A DNA stretch of 62,510 nucleotides, filler included, from Nitrospinota bacterium (GTDB taxonomy: Bacteria > JAUXIQ01): the NCBI GenBank assembly GCA_030620925.1. It is 7 parts of 7 records of this genome, joined end to end, with 100 filler letters (N's around TTAATTAATTAA, not from the genome) between each part and the next. Parts side by side here need not be neighbours in the genome. Positions count along the whole stretch, not along the records: positions 26,431 to 31,585 come from JAUXIQ010000174.1; positions 31,686 to 44,509 come from JAUXIQ010000017.1; 5 more parts are not named here. One strand, given 5' to 3'. Of the stretch, positions 30,179 to 39,370 are shown in pieces (the first letter of the stretch is position 1; every line of letters begins with the position of its first letter). A program made the translations under genes and the position numbers. The notes beneath the pieces are model-generated. The model was given only the letters and a program-made list of their open reading frames with translations, had not been told where the DNA came from and did not search any database.

Positions 30179-31461
30179 TTCCTTCCCTTTCCGCTGACTA
30201 CTTTAATCGGAGAGTTATCTCTAAGCTTACCCATACCCACGACGATGACCTCTTCACCCTCGTCGAGGTTTTCCACTACCTCTACCCGGTCTTCGCCCTT
30301 CATACCTATTGTCACGCTTCGTTTCAGCGCTTTTCCGTTCTGGTGCACGAACAGATAGTCCTGGCCGTTGTTTGATAGGAGGGCGTAAATGGGCACCAGG
30401 ATGGTGTCTTCCCGTCTGTCCACTACCATTTCAACCCTGGCGAACATTCCCGGTTTTAGTTTGAGCTGTTTGTTGGGGACCAGGATTTCCACCTCCGCCG
30501 TCCTGCTCTCGCGATCGACGACGGGGCTTATCTTTTTCACTCTGCCCGTGAATACTTCTCCAGGGTATGCATCCACGGCTATCTTTGCGCTGCGGCCCGA
30601 GCTGATATGGGGTATATCTTTTTCCGATACGTTAACCAGAACCTTAACGCTATCCATGTCCACAATGCCCAAAATGCCGGTAGAGACGTGCACGAAAGCC
30701 CCCTCGTCCACCATCCGCTCGCTGATTATCCCTTCTATTGGTGCGGTGATTCTGGATTCGGCCAGTTTTATCTCCGCCATTCGAAGGTTCGCCTCCGCCT
30801 GGTGTAGCTGGGCCAGAGAAGCCTGGCGGTCCTCCGTCCGGTATCCTTCCTCGCCCATTTTCAGTTTTTCTTTTGCGGAGTTGAGAAGTGTCTCGGCGGA
30901 TGTCAGCCTGAGTTTGGCATCATCGAGTTGCTGGGCCGAAAAGAACTTCTTTTCGTAAAGTTCCTCGGCCCTTTTCAGGGTGAGCTCGGCGTTTTTGAAT
31001 TCGGCTTCCGCCTTCAGAACCCCGTCCCTGGTCTGTTCCAGCTCCTGTGGGCGAAGCCCTGCCTCCATCTGTGCCCACCGTGCCCGGGCAACTTCCAGGG
31101 AGGCTTTAGCTTCCGCTACTCTGGCCTTCAATGTATCGTCTTCCACTTTGGCCAGGAATTGGCCTCGCTTCACCCTGTCACCACTATCCACAGGCAGCTC
31201 GATAACTCTGCCCTCGACCTTGGAGTAGACTTTGACCTCGTTTTTCGCCGCCACGTCGCCGGTGGCGATTATGGTAAGCTCGAGGTCTCCCCTCTGGGCC
31301 TTGACCACTACCACCGGCGTGGCCTGATTGGCGAAAGAGGGGCGTTTAATCGCTTTAGCCTCATCTTTCTTGTTGATACGACCACTGACTACTAATCCGA
31401 TAAAGGCCAGCGCCACCACTATCACCACTATTTTTATTCTTTTATTCATGCCGTTACCCAT
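30175..31461 (-). CDS. RND periplasmic adaptor (membrane fusion protein)
   Basis: N-terminal TM, lipoyl halves, long alpha-hairpin, ITAPIEG, LKPGMFAR. Confidence 0.95.
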   Translation of the reverse strand: MGNGMNKRIKIVVIVVALAFIGLVVSGRINKKDEAKAIKRPSFANQATPVVVVKAQRGDLELTIIATGDVAAKNEVKVYSKVEGRVIELPVDSGDRVKRGQFLAKVEDDTLKARVAEAKASLEVARARWAQMEAGLRPQELEQTRDGVLKAEAEFKNAELTLKRAEELYEKKFFSAQQLDDAKLRLTSAETLLNSAKEKLKMGEEGYRTEDRQASLAQLHQAEANLRMAEIKLAESRITAPIEGIISERMVDEGAFVHVSTGILGIVDMDSVKVLVNVSEKDIPHISSGRSAKIAVDAYPGEVFTGRVKKISPVVDRESRTAEVEILVPNKQLKLKPGMFARVEMVVDRREDTILVPIYALLSNNGQDYLFVHQNGKALKRSVTIGMKGEDRVEVVENLDEGEEVIVVGMGKLRDNSPIKVVSGKGRK

Positions 31462-31585
31462 GTTAAAGTCTCTTAATTATATAGACGTATTCAGTAGAAA
31501 AACTATACCACTTTGCCGCATTTTGTAAAGCTGTTTCTATAACCATATAAGGACTTTGGAGCATTGCGATTGATGAATACTGCGA

Positions 31586-31685
31586 NNNNNNNNNNNNNNN
31601 NNNNNNNNNNNNNNNNNNNNNNNNNNNNNTTAATTAATTAANNNNNNNNNNNNNNNNNNNNNNNNNNNNNNNNNNNNNNNNNNNN
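31586..31685. other. Artificial contig linker
   Basis: N-run + TTAATTAATTAA + N-run. Confidence 0.99.
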
Positions 31686-31713
31686 AACAAACGCAAGCTG
31701 TGAGGGAGCCGAA

Positions 31714-32625
31714 GTGAATAAAACGGAATATGCAAGAGGCATAATAGTTCTCGCGTTGGTCTCATGGCTGTTGCTATTGCCGGCCTCTGTCTTGCTGGCA
31801 CAGGAAGATAAAGGTTACGCCAATCCTCAGTTCCTGGTCGACACCCAATGGCTGGAGGATAACCTGGACTCGCTGACACTGCGAATAGTGGACCTGAGGC
31901 CCATGGAGGAGTATCGTGCCGGCCACATCAAAAACGCCGTACAGTTCGACGTAGGCCTTCTGCGGACCACAGTTAACGGCATCCCGGGCATGATGGTGGG
32001 TGCGGAAAAACTTGAGGAAATCCTGGGCGCTAAAGGTATAGGAAACCAAACACGGGTTGTCGCCTACGACAATATAGGAGGGCTCTTCGCGGCCCGATTT
32101 TTTATGACTCTGCGCCGGTACGGTCACAACGGTGTAAGGTTGCTCGACGGAGGTATAAGAAAGTGGGTCTCCGAGGGCAGACCTTTGACCACGGAATTTC
32201 CCGCAGTGTTGGAGACTATTTTTAAAGCCGGCTACCCCAACGATGAAGTGGTGAGCGCCCAATGGATACTATCCAACATGAACAGTGAAGATGTTGTGCT
32301 ACTTGACGTGAGGTCCCCCGATGAATACAGAGGCTACGACGTGAGGGCCAAGCGAGGAGGCCATATACCGGGCGCCGTAAACGTTGACTGGCTCACCAAC
32401 CTGACCGATGATCCCACCGCGCAGTTTCGCTCTGCCAAGGAATTGCAGAAGATATACACACGTGCTGGAGTCGCCAAAGACAAGCTGGTGGCAATCTACT
32501 GCCAGTCGGGGATGCGGGCCTCTCACACCTATTTTACACTGCTCCTGTTAGGCTATCCGGGGGTAAATGTTTACGATGGCTCATGGCTGGAATGGGGTAA
32601 TCGGGAAGACCTCCCAGTCGAATAG
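31714..32625 (+). CDS. Two-domain rhodanese/sulfurtransferase with signal peptide
   Basis: GHIKNA, LLDGG, GHIPGA, active-site YCQSGMRA, YDGSWLEW; hydrophobic N-terminus. Confidence 0.92.
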   Translation: MNKTEYARGIIVLALVSWLLLLPASVLLAQEDKGYANPQFLVDTQWLEDNLDSLTLRIVDLRPMEEYRAGHIKNAVQFDVGLLRTTVNGIPGMMVGAEKLEEILGAKGIGNQTRVVAYDNIGGLFAARFFMTLRRYGHNGVRLLDGGIRKWVSEGRPLTTEFPAVLETIFKAGYPNDEVVSAQWILSNMNSEDVVLLDVRSPDEYRGYDVRAKRGGHIPGAVNVDWLTNLTDDPTAQFRSAKELQKIYTRAGVAKDKLVAIYCQSGMRASHTYFTLLLLGYPGVNVYDGSWLEWGNREDLPVE

Positions 32626-32684
32626 GCATAGCGGGAGTAAAAATTTTTACGCTGGTAAATACAGGATGAGGGTGGGTCAGGCTT

Positions 32685-33827
32685 TTATTTACGCTCGCCT
32701 TCCTTAGGTTTTCGAACGATTTTTTTAGCTTTTTCTCGAGTGGTCTTCTTGGCGGCCTGAACTTCCTCTGCGGTAAGTAATCTGGAAACGGTAACCGATA
32801 CCACACCGGTGTTATCCATGTTAATGTCTTTGAAGAAAAAGTATACCGGCACCTCTTCCTTAAGCGTAAACCTGACAGTCTTGCCGAGATTGGCTATTTC
32901 TGATAATCCCAGCGAAATGAACTCATTATCCAGCCCGAGAGTTATTGTCCGCTCGGATTGAGTCTTTCTTTTAGGAATATAGACAGTAACCTGGCTTCTG
33001 AACCGGGTGGTTTTCGGCAGGTCTATGTTAAAAGCTCCGCCTACTATCACCGCTTCGAAATCTCCAGGCCCGATGGTCACCGTTTTGACCCGACTCAGTA
33101 TCTTCTCATTTCCGGCCTTCAATTTTTTAAGCTCGTTTTTACGAGTAACCAGGGTATTCTCTTCGGCGTCGATTTCCAGAGTAATCGTGTCTGTGGGGCT
33201 TCCCTCCTCCAATTTAGCCAGTTCGCCCTCTTCTCCCAACTTACCCTCAAGGCCCGGTCCGACTTTCCGCTTTGCAAGCTTGTATTTATACTCTACCCTT
33301 ACTCTTCCCGCCTTGTCTTTGTATCTTTCTTCTATCTTCAAATATTTGTTGGTGATCTTTATTACTTTGCCGCATTTCGTCCCCACGAAATCTCCCGTTT
33401 TCACATTGTGAGCTTTTCCATCGGGGTCCTTAATGAGGGCAGTCTTTCCGAGGCTTCCCCATACGACACCTTTCAATTTCAAAACGTGTATCGGAAAACT
33501 GGCTAACGGTGCCCTGGCATCATAATTCCGGTCGCAGAACAACTCCCAGGTACCTTTATCCATTAATAGCTCTTGTTCCAGAATATCGCGTGCTTTGATA
33601 AGAGGGCCGAAGGGGTCTCTACGGCTTCCCTTATAGTAAGCGTAGGACTTGTTCATTTCATCTATTTTTTCCAGAAGATCGTCGGTCTTCTTCGGGTCGA
33701 AGGCGAGTCCTTCCGCGGTCGGTCTGGACTCCTGAGCCCAGGAATAGCGGTCCACCTGGAAAAGCCACAGAACAGCGACTGTGACCAACAAGAAAACACA
33801 CAACTTTTTCGCGCAAAACCATTTCAA
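32685..33827 (-). CDS. PilP-domain protein with long C-terminal extension
   Basis: RRDPFGP and PLASFPIHVLKLKGVVWG..GKTALIKDPDGKAHNVKTGDFVG..GKVIKIT match PilP; about 190 extra residues follow. Confidence 0.75.
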   Translation of the reverse strand: MKWFCAKKLCVFLLVTVAVLWLFQVDRYSWAQESRPTAEGLAFDPKKTDDLLEKIDEMNKSYAYYKGSRRDPFGPLIKARDILEQELLMDKGTWELFCDRNYDARAPLASFPIHVLKLKGVVWGSLGKTALIKDPDGKAHNVKTGDFVGTKCGKVIKITNKYLKIEERYKDKAGRVRVEYKYKLAKRKVGPGLEGKLGEEGELAKLEEGSPTDTITLEIDAEENTLVTRKNELKKLKAGNEKILSRVKTVTIGPGDFEAVIVGGAFNIDLPKTTRFRSQVTVYIPKRKTQSERTITLGLDNEFISLGLSEIANLGKTVRFTLKEEVPVYFFFKDINMDNTGVVSVTVSRLLTAEEVQAAKKTTREKAKKIVRKPKEGERK

Positions 33828-33927
33828 CCTGTATCCCCTTAATTGAATGAGGTCAGGTTACGTTAACATTCGCTTAATATTCGCTTAGAGGATTCGTAAC
33901 CCTTTCTATTATTATCGGCTAAGTCCT

Positions 33928-34929
33928 CTATTCAGACAATAGCTTTTTTAACTCTTCTTTGAGCAGAGGCACTATTTTGAATAGGTCTTCGGTTATTCCG
34001 TAATCGGCCACCTTGAATATGTTGGCGTCGGGGTCCTTATTAACGGCCACGATAACCTTTGAGGAACCCATGCCCGCCAGGTGTTGTATGGCTCCCGAAA
34101 TGCCGCAGGCGATATACAGGTTAGGTGTAACCACTTTGCCGGTCTGCCCCACCTGGAATCTCTGTTCACGCCAGCCGGCGTCTACAGCGGCTCTGGAAGC
34201 GCCCACCGCACAATTTCCCCCGAGGACGTCGGCCAGCTCTTCCAACATTGCAAAATTTTCGGGCCCCTTCATTCCCCTGCCACCTGAAACTATTATCTCC
34301 GCCTCGGTCAGGTCGACCCTCTCACCCCCTTTGACCTGCATTTCGATGGGTTTGACCCTGATCTGATCGGGAGTGATGTTTACCTGAAACTGCTCCACTT
34401 CTGCGGTCTTGGATGCATCAGGCTCAACCACCAGAAATACATTGGGCCGGAGGGTGGCCATCTGAGGGGAAACCCCATCTCTGAACACCACTTCACAATG
34501 GGCCTTGCCTGCGTATGCCGGCCTCCTACAGACCATCTTGTTGCCGTCGCTTATTTCCAGGTCTATGCAGTCCGCCGCAAGCCCGCCGCCCGTTCTCATG
34601 GCGACTCTGGGAGCCAGGTCCCTGCCCTGAGTGCTTCCTCCGATGAGGACTATGGAAGGGTCTATCTGCTTTATCAGGTCTGCAAAGACAGCGGTATGTC
34701 CCTCGGTGGTATATTTTTCGAGGTGATCGGCCTGCGCCACAAAAACCTTACCCGCACCATACGGGCCGAGCTGAGGTGCCAGGCCATCCACATCTTTACC
34801 GATCAGGAGGGCGCTCACGCCCCCGCCCGTTTTCTCAGCCAGGCGGCTGGCTTCGCTGAGGCTTTCAAAGGCTGCCTTCCGAAGCTTTCCTTCTCTCTGT
34901 TCAGCGTATATGAGAATTCCTTCGGCCAT
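33928..34929 (-). CDS. etfA: Electron transfer flavoprotein alpha subunit
   Basis: IIVSGGRG, GASRAAVDAGW, QVGQTGK, YIACGISGAIQHLAG. Confidence 0.97.
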   Translation of the reverse strand: MAEGILIYAEQREGKLRKAAFESLSEASRLAEKTGGGVSALLIGKDVDGLAPQLGPYGAGKVFVAQADHLEKYTTEGHTAVFADLIKQIDPSIVLIGGSTQGRDLAPRVAMRTGGGLAADCIDLEISDGNKMVCRRPAYAGKAHCEVVFRDGVSPQMATLRPNVFLVVEPDASKTAEVEQFQVNITPDQIRVKPIEMQVKGGERVDLTEAEIIVSGGRGMKGPENFAMLEELADVLGGNCAVGASRAAVDAGWREQRFQVGQTGKVVTPNLYIACGISGAIQHLAGMGSSKVIVAVNKDPDANIFKVADYGITEDLFKIVPLLKEELKKLLSE

Positions 34930-34989
34930 TAAGCGTTCTCCTTTCGTTTATGATTGTATCGCCACAACCTCAATGTCCGGCAGCAAGCT

Positions 34990-35784
34990 TCAGATAACTT
35001 TGGCTTCCTCTCTGAGTAATTTTGCAAGCTCCTTCACGGCTTCTTCCGGCTCGCCTTCGACGATCCTTCCCGGAAGTCTGGGCGGCGGGGGATACATTTT
35101 TGAAACGTCGGTCTTGGAACCCAGGAGACCCACTTCTTCGGGGCTCAGCCCAAGGTCCGAGACAGTGAAATCAGTTATGGGCTTCTTTTTGGTGCCCATT
35201 ATACCTTTGAGAGTCGGGTAGCGCGGCTCGTTAAGTCCCTTCTGGCAGGTCCACAAAGAAGGTAACTGAACCTCCAACACCTCCTCGCCCCCCTCGAGTT
35301 GCCGGTTGACGACGGCCGTCTTTTTGTCGTCGTTGATCTCCTCCTTCATAATCATGCTCACCTGGGGTATATCCAGCAGTTCCGCCACTTGAGCGCCTAC
35401 TTGAGAGGTATCTCCGTCAACGGCATGCTTGCCGCAGATTATGAGGTCGAAGTCAATTTTTTTGATAGCTGCGGCCAGGGTTGTGGCTGTGGCGTAAGTA
35501 TCTGAGTCGTCAAAGGCATCGTCCACCAGGTGGTAACCCTCGTCCGCCCCCATGGCGAAACACTGGCGCAGGGCTTCTTTCGCCCTTTCGGGCCCCATGG
35601 TAACCACGGTCACCGTGGTATCACCCAACTTTTCCTTGATCTGCAGGGCTTCTTCAACGGCAAACTCATCGTAAGGGCTGACTATGTAAGTTATTCCCTC
35701 CCGTTGGATATGCTTCTCTTCGGGGTCGATCTTAATGACTGTGGCCGTGTCGGGCACCTGTTTGATGCAGCACACTATGTTCAT
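34990..35784 (-). CDS. etfB: Electron transfer flavoprotein beta subunit
   Basis: CIKQVPDT, DEFAVEEA, DGDTSQVG, NEPRYP. Confidence 0.97.
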   Translation of the reverse strand: MNIVCCIKQVPDTATVIKIDPEEKHIQREGITYIVSPYDEFAVEEALQIKEKLGDTTVTVVTMGPERAKEALRQCFAMGADEGYHLVDDAFDDSDTYATATTLAAAIKKIDFDLIICGKHAVDGDTSQVGAQVAELLDIPQVSMIMKEEINDDKKTAVVNRQLEGGEEVLEVQLPSLWTCQKGLNEPRYPTLKGIMGTKKKPITDFTVSDLGLSPEEVGLLGSKTDVSKMYPPPPRLPGRIVEGEPEEAVKELAKLLREEAKVI

Positions 35785-35898
35785 CTGTACCTCCTCAACG
35801 TGTTTTATTAATCAACATTGTTATCTATGGCTAACGGAAACTTTTTCAATTATTTTAGGAAGTTAGCTCTTGCAGGCAGGTTTTACAAAAAGTAATTT

Positions 35899-35927
35899 TT
35901 TCTATCATATATCAATACGCTTGTCAA
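35899..35927 (-). promoter_or_regulatory. Putative sigma70 promoter for etfBA
   Basis: Minus strand TTGACA-17 nt-TAGAAA with extended TG. Confidence 0.45.
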
Positions 35928-35956
35928 TAGCCTGTTAATTTGTCTCTCGGTTTTCT

Positions 35957-37105
35957 TTACCCTTCTTTGAGTATGTCCTTTGCGATAATCAGTTTCTGAA
36001 TTTCCGAGGTGCCGTCTACAATGCGAAGCAGGCGTGCATCCCGGTAGATGCGTTCTATGGGAAGCTCTTTCATGTATCCCATCCCGCCGTGAATTTGCAG
36101 GGCCCGGTCCGCGCAGCGGCATACCATTTCGGAAGCGTAAAGTTTAAACATGGCCGCCTCGCGAGTGATCCTCTCTCCCTGATCGTAGCGCCAAGCGGCA
36201 TTGTACAGCATCATTTTTGAGGCGTAAATCTCGGTTGCCATATCGGCGAGCATCCACTGGATGGCCTGGAATTCAGCAATAGGTTTCCCGAACTGCACTC
36301 TCATCTTCGCGTAATCCCTGGACATCTCCATGCATCTCTCGGCCATGCCCACGGCACCAGCCAGAACGGTGAGCCTGGTCTCATCCAGGGTGCACATGGC
36401 CACTTTAAACCCGTCGCCAAGTTGGCCCACCATATTGGAGGCAGGAACCACACAATCTTCAAATATGAGCTCGCTCTGCTGTGCGCCCTTGTTTCCCATC
36501 TTGCGGTGGGTCTGGCCCGGCCTGAAACCGGAGGTACCCTTCTCCACCAAGAAAGCGCTTATGCCCCCTCTGGCCCGTTTGGCCTTGTCGGTTACAACCA
36601 TTACGGTAACCAGGTCCGCTATAGGGCCGTTGCTGATAAAGTGTTTGCGCCCGTTTATGACGTAGTTGTCGCCTTCTTTGTCGGCGTGGGTCTGAATGTT
36701 GGCGGCGTCTGATCCGGCTTCGGGCTCGGTGAGTCCGAAAGCGGTAATTATATCCCCTGAGGCGACCCCTGGAAGATATTTTTGCTTCTGGTCTTCGCGG
36801 CCGTATAGATATAGCCCCCGCCACCCCGTTCCGTTATTGAGACTCAGGAACCCTCCTATGGCCGGATGCCCTTTGCCAAGCTCAATGTTCATAATGCTCC
36901 AACCCAGGGTACCTATTCCCAGGCCACCATATTCCTTGGGTATGGTAACTCCGAAAAAACCCAGCTCTTTGAGTTTTTTAACGATGTCTTCGGGTATTTC
37001 GTCTCTCTCTTCTATCTCTTCCTCCCGGGGGAGGACCTCTTCCTTAACGAACCTCCTGGTGAGATCCTGCATATGTTTGATATCTTCGGGGATTGTGAAA
37101 TCCAT
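35957..37105 (-). CDS. Acyl-CoA dehydrogenase
   Basis: FGLTEPEAGSD, INGRKHFISN, RVQFGKPI, LQIHGGMGY, IVDGTSEIQ. Confidence 0.96.
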   Translation of the reverse strand: MDFTIPEDIKHMQDLTRRFVKEEVLPREEEIEERDEIPEDIVKKLKELGFFGVTIPKEYGGLGIGTLGWSIMNIELGKGHPAIGGFLSLNNGTGWRGLYLYGREDQKQKYLPGVASGDIITAFGLTEPEAGSDAANIQTHADKEGDNYVINGRKHFISNGPIADLVTVMVVTDKAKRARGGISAFLVEKGTSGFRPGQTHRKMGNKGAQQSELIFEDCVVPASNMVGQLGDGFKVAMCTLDETRLTVLAGAVGMAERCMEMSRDYAKMRVQFGKPIAEFQAIQWMLADMATEIYASKMMLYNAAWRYDQGERITREAAMFKLYASEMVCRCADRALQIHGGMGYMKELPIERIYRDARLLRIVDGTSEIQKLIIAKDILKEG

Positions 37106-37255
37106 TTTATCTTACCCCATGAAAAGTGTTGACTTTCCCCTTTAATACCTACTTTTTCAATTCCATTCAATGAGTTAGGACACCAGTCGGGTCTTATATT
37201 AATCGCCCGCGGCAGCTAAGTCAATCTCAATTTACCCGCCGGTCTCCCCTACTGG

Positions 37256-37449
37256 TCGCGGCAGGATGCCGCTCCTTCGTTAGAAGCAGGTGCACTGTCC
37301 TGCGTGCCGCGAGATGTAGCCCATACCCTGAATTGTAGTCCCGCGATACGCGGGACAGGCGCGATCGCAAAATATGTTAAAACCCATTCAGACAAAATAC
37401 AACCACTCGTAGAGACATCCCGCGCCGCGGGACATGAATTTTCTCTACG
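37256..37449. repeat. Second mosaic of REP-like palindromes
   Basis: 37256-37278 is the reverse complement of 19816-19838 at 20/23 positions; GTCCCGCG-ATA-CGCGGGAC; CGTAGAGA...TCTCTACG enclosing TCCCGC-GCC-GCGGGA. Confidence 0.7.
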
Positions 37450-37522
37450 TACGCGATGGTCTTTTGTCAGATGGACTACGCGGTGTGCTCTTGCCAAGGA
37501 AGGGGTTGCCGGAACGGCATCT

Positions 37523-38539
37523 TCAAAGGACATTTACGACGGAGCTTTTGAAAGTCAGGTAAACTGGAGCGCCGATGGTGATGTTCAGCTCAAGGAAAGA
37601 AGCGTGCGTTATCTGAACACTATATTCCTCACCCGCCTCCACGCCCAGCAAGACAACCTTTCCCTTGTCTACCACTTTGGTCACCCTGCCCTTCAGACAA
37701 TTTCTGGCGCTGGAAAGGACTTTGTGATGGGAAACGATGATGTCTCTGGGGTCGATGGAAACGTAAGCCTGGCCTTCCTTTTCTGTAACCAGAGATACTG
37801 CCCTGTCCCCGACACGGGCCCACGTCTCTCCGCCTTCATCGTATATGAAGGCTTTGAAGAGGTTTTCCTTGAAGGTATCGGCTATCCTTCCCGCCATTAC
37901 GGTGATGACGTTATCGGCCAGCCGGTACGCCTGGGAGAGATTGTGCGTGGAGAGTATGACGGTAACGTTCTCCTCCTCCCTGAGGCGTCTGATGAGGTCT
38001 TCTATGATCTCTGCGTTGATGGGGTCCACGTTCGCCGTGGGCTCATCCAGCAGCAGCACGTTCGGTCTGACAGCCAGGGCCCTGGCGATGGCCACCCTCT
38101 GAGATTCACCGCTGCTCAGCTTTGCCGCCCGCCTCTTCTCGAATCCTTCCAGACCCACGACGTGCAGCGCCTCCGCCACGCGCCGTTGCGTTTCGGCTTT
38201 GCCGACGCCCCTGGCCCGGAGACCGTATGCCGTGTTGGAGAAGACGCTGGTGGTGAACATTACAGGGTTCTGGTCCACCATGGTGATTTCTCTCTTTAAC
38301 GAGAGTGGCGCGGTGCGTGGATGGACCTCCTTCATGCGGTAGAGAATGCGGCCGGATGTTGGAGAATCGAGCAGGGCCAGGAGTTTCATGAGGGTCGTTT
38401 TCCCTGCGCCGTTAGGGCCGACCAGGGCATGTATATCGCCTTCCTCGAACCCCAGTGCAGGGATATCCAACACCTCGAGGGGGCCGAAACATTTTGTTAT
38501 GCCTTCCAGATTATATATGGCGGTGCCTGTACCCATCAA
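37523..38539 (-). CDS. tupC: Tungstate/molybdate ABC transporter ATPase with C-terminal TOBE domain (TupC-like)
   Basis: GPNGAGKTT, LSSGESQR, LLLDEPT; C-terminal SSARNCLKG...LTFKS TOBE signature. Confidence 0.8.
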   Translation of the reverse strand: MMGTGTAIYNLEGITKCFGPLEVLDIPALGFEEGDIHALVGPNGAGKTTLMKLLALLDSPTSGRILYRMKEVHPRTAPLSLKREITMVDQNPVMFTTSVFSNTAYGLRARGVGKAETQRRVAEALHVVGLEGFEKRRAAKLSSGESQRVAIARALAVRPNVLLLDEPTANVDPINAEIIEDLIRRLREEENVTVILSTHNLSQAYRLADNVITVMAGRIADTFKENLFKAFIYDEGGETWARVGDRAVSLVTEKEGQAYVSIDPRDIIVSHHKVLSSARNCLKGRVTKVVDKGKVVLLGVEAGEEYSVQITHASFLELNITIGAPVYLTFKSSVVNVL

Positions 38540-39228
38540 GCAGTCCTCGCCTGCAGTTTCCTGAAAAATATATTCACTGCAAAGGATACTATCAAAAGTA
38601 TAATCCCCAGGGCAATCGCCATTCCATACTCACCCTTGCTGGTTTCCATGGCAATGGCCGTGGTAACCGTCCTGGTGTATCCTTTAATGTTGCCTCCCAG
38701 CACGAGCGCCGAACCTACTTCGGCTATGGCGCGGCCGAAGCCGGCTATGACCGCGGCGATCAGGGCAAACCTCGCCTCTTCGAGAACCGTCCACGCAGTC
38801 CGCACGGTACCCGCGCCCAACGGTTGGGCCACGGGCCTCACCCTGATATCGACTTCCTGCACCGCGGACATAGTCAGAGCGGCTACGATGGGTGTAGCCA
38901 GGATGAACTGTCCTATGATCACCGCCTTGACGGTAAAAAGCAGGTTCAACGAACCAAGCGGGCCTTGCTGCGACAGTATGGTAAAGACGAAAAGCCCCAC
39001 GATTACAGTGGGCAGGGCCATGAATGTGTTAAGCAGCGTCCCCAGCAGATTGCGGCCCCTGAACTTCCCTGTACCCACCAGATAGCCCAGGGGCACGCCC
39101 ACTAAGGCGGCGGCAAGTATGGCCGCGGACGAGATTCTGAGCGAAAGGAAAACGATGGAGTAGACCTCTCTGTCCAGAGAGAAGAGCAGCTTGGCGGCGG
39201 TTGCCATCCCCTGCCCCAGGGAGTCCAT
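38536..39228 (-). CDS. tupB: Tungstate ABC transporter permease (TupB-like)
   Basis: NTFMALPTVIVGL, GPLG, AGFGRAIAEVG, GGNIKGYTRTVTTAI.ETSKG. Confidence 0.88.
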   Translation of the reverse strand: MDSLGQGMATAAKLLFSLDREVYSIVFLSLRISSAAILAAALVGVPLGYLVGTGKFRGRNLLGTLLNTFMALPTVIVGLFVFTILSQQGPLGSLNLLFTVKAVIIGQFILATPIVAALTMSAVQEVDIRVRPVAQPLGAGTVRTAWTVLEEARFALIAAVIAGFGRAIAEVGSALVLGGNIKGYTRTVTTAIAMETSKGEYGMAIALGIILLIVSFAVNIFFRKLQARTA

Positions 39229-39277
39229 TTATATTCACCTCTCGATGTCTTGGCCGGTAGTGGAAGATAAATAAATG

Positions 39278-39309
39278 AAAAAAACCGGGAGCCTTACCTG
39301 GTCCCGGTT
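39278..39309 (-). terminator. Intrinsic terminator between xdhC and tupB
   Basis: Minus strand AACCGGGA-11 nt-TCCCGGTT-TTTTT. Confidence 0.7.
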
Positions 39310-39370
39310 AGAAGATAAGATTTACATTTTAAGATTTTACTGAATTGCACTGATCTAAAATAATCCAGGT

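Noticed and set aside
27110-31461. RND pump lacking an outer-membrane factor as a novelty
   Set aside because: The contig ends about 120 nt upstream, and TolC-type genes are often unlinked.
33868-33887. ATTCGCTTA direct repeat upstream of the PilP-like gene
   Set aside because: Only two short copies; could be an operator but is indistinguishable from chance.
33928-37105. Electron-bifurcating Bcd-Etf complex
   Set aside because: Bifurcating and canonical ETFs cannot be distinguished by eye; a phylogeny is needed.
37304-38299. 331-aa plus-strand ORF as a transposase for the adjacent repeats
   Set aside because: Mostly antisense to tupC; no HUH/Tyr or DDE motifs.
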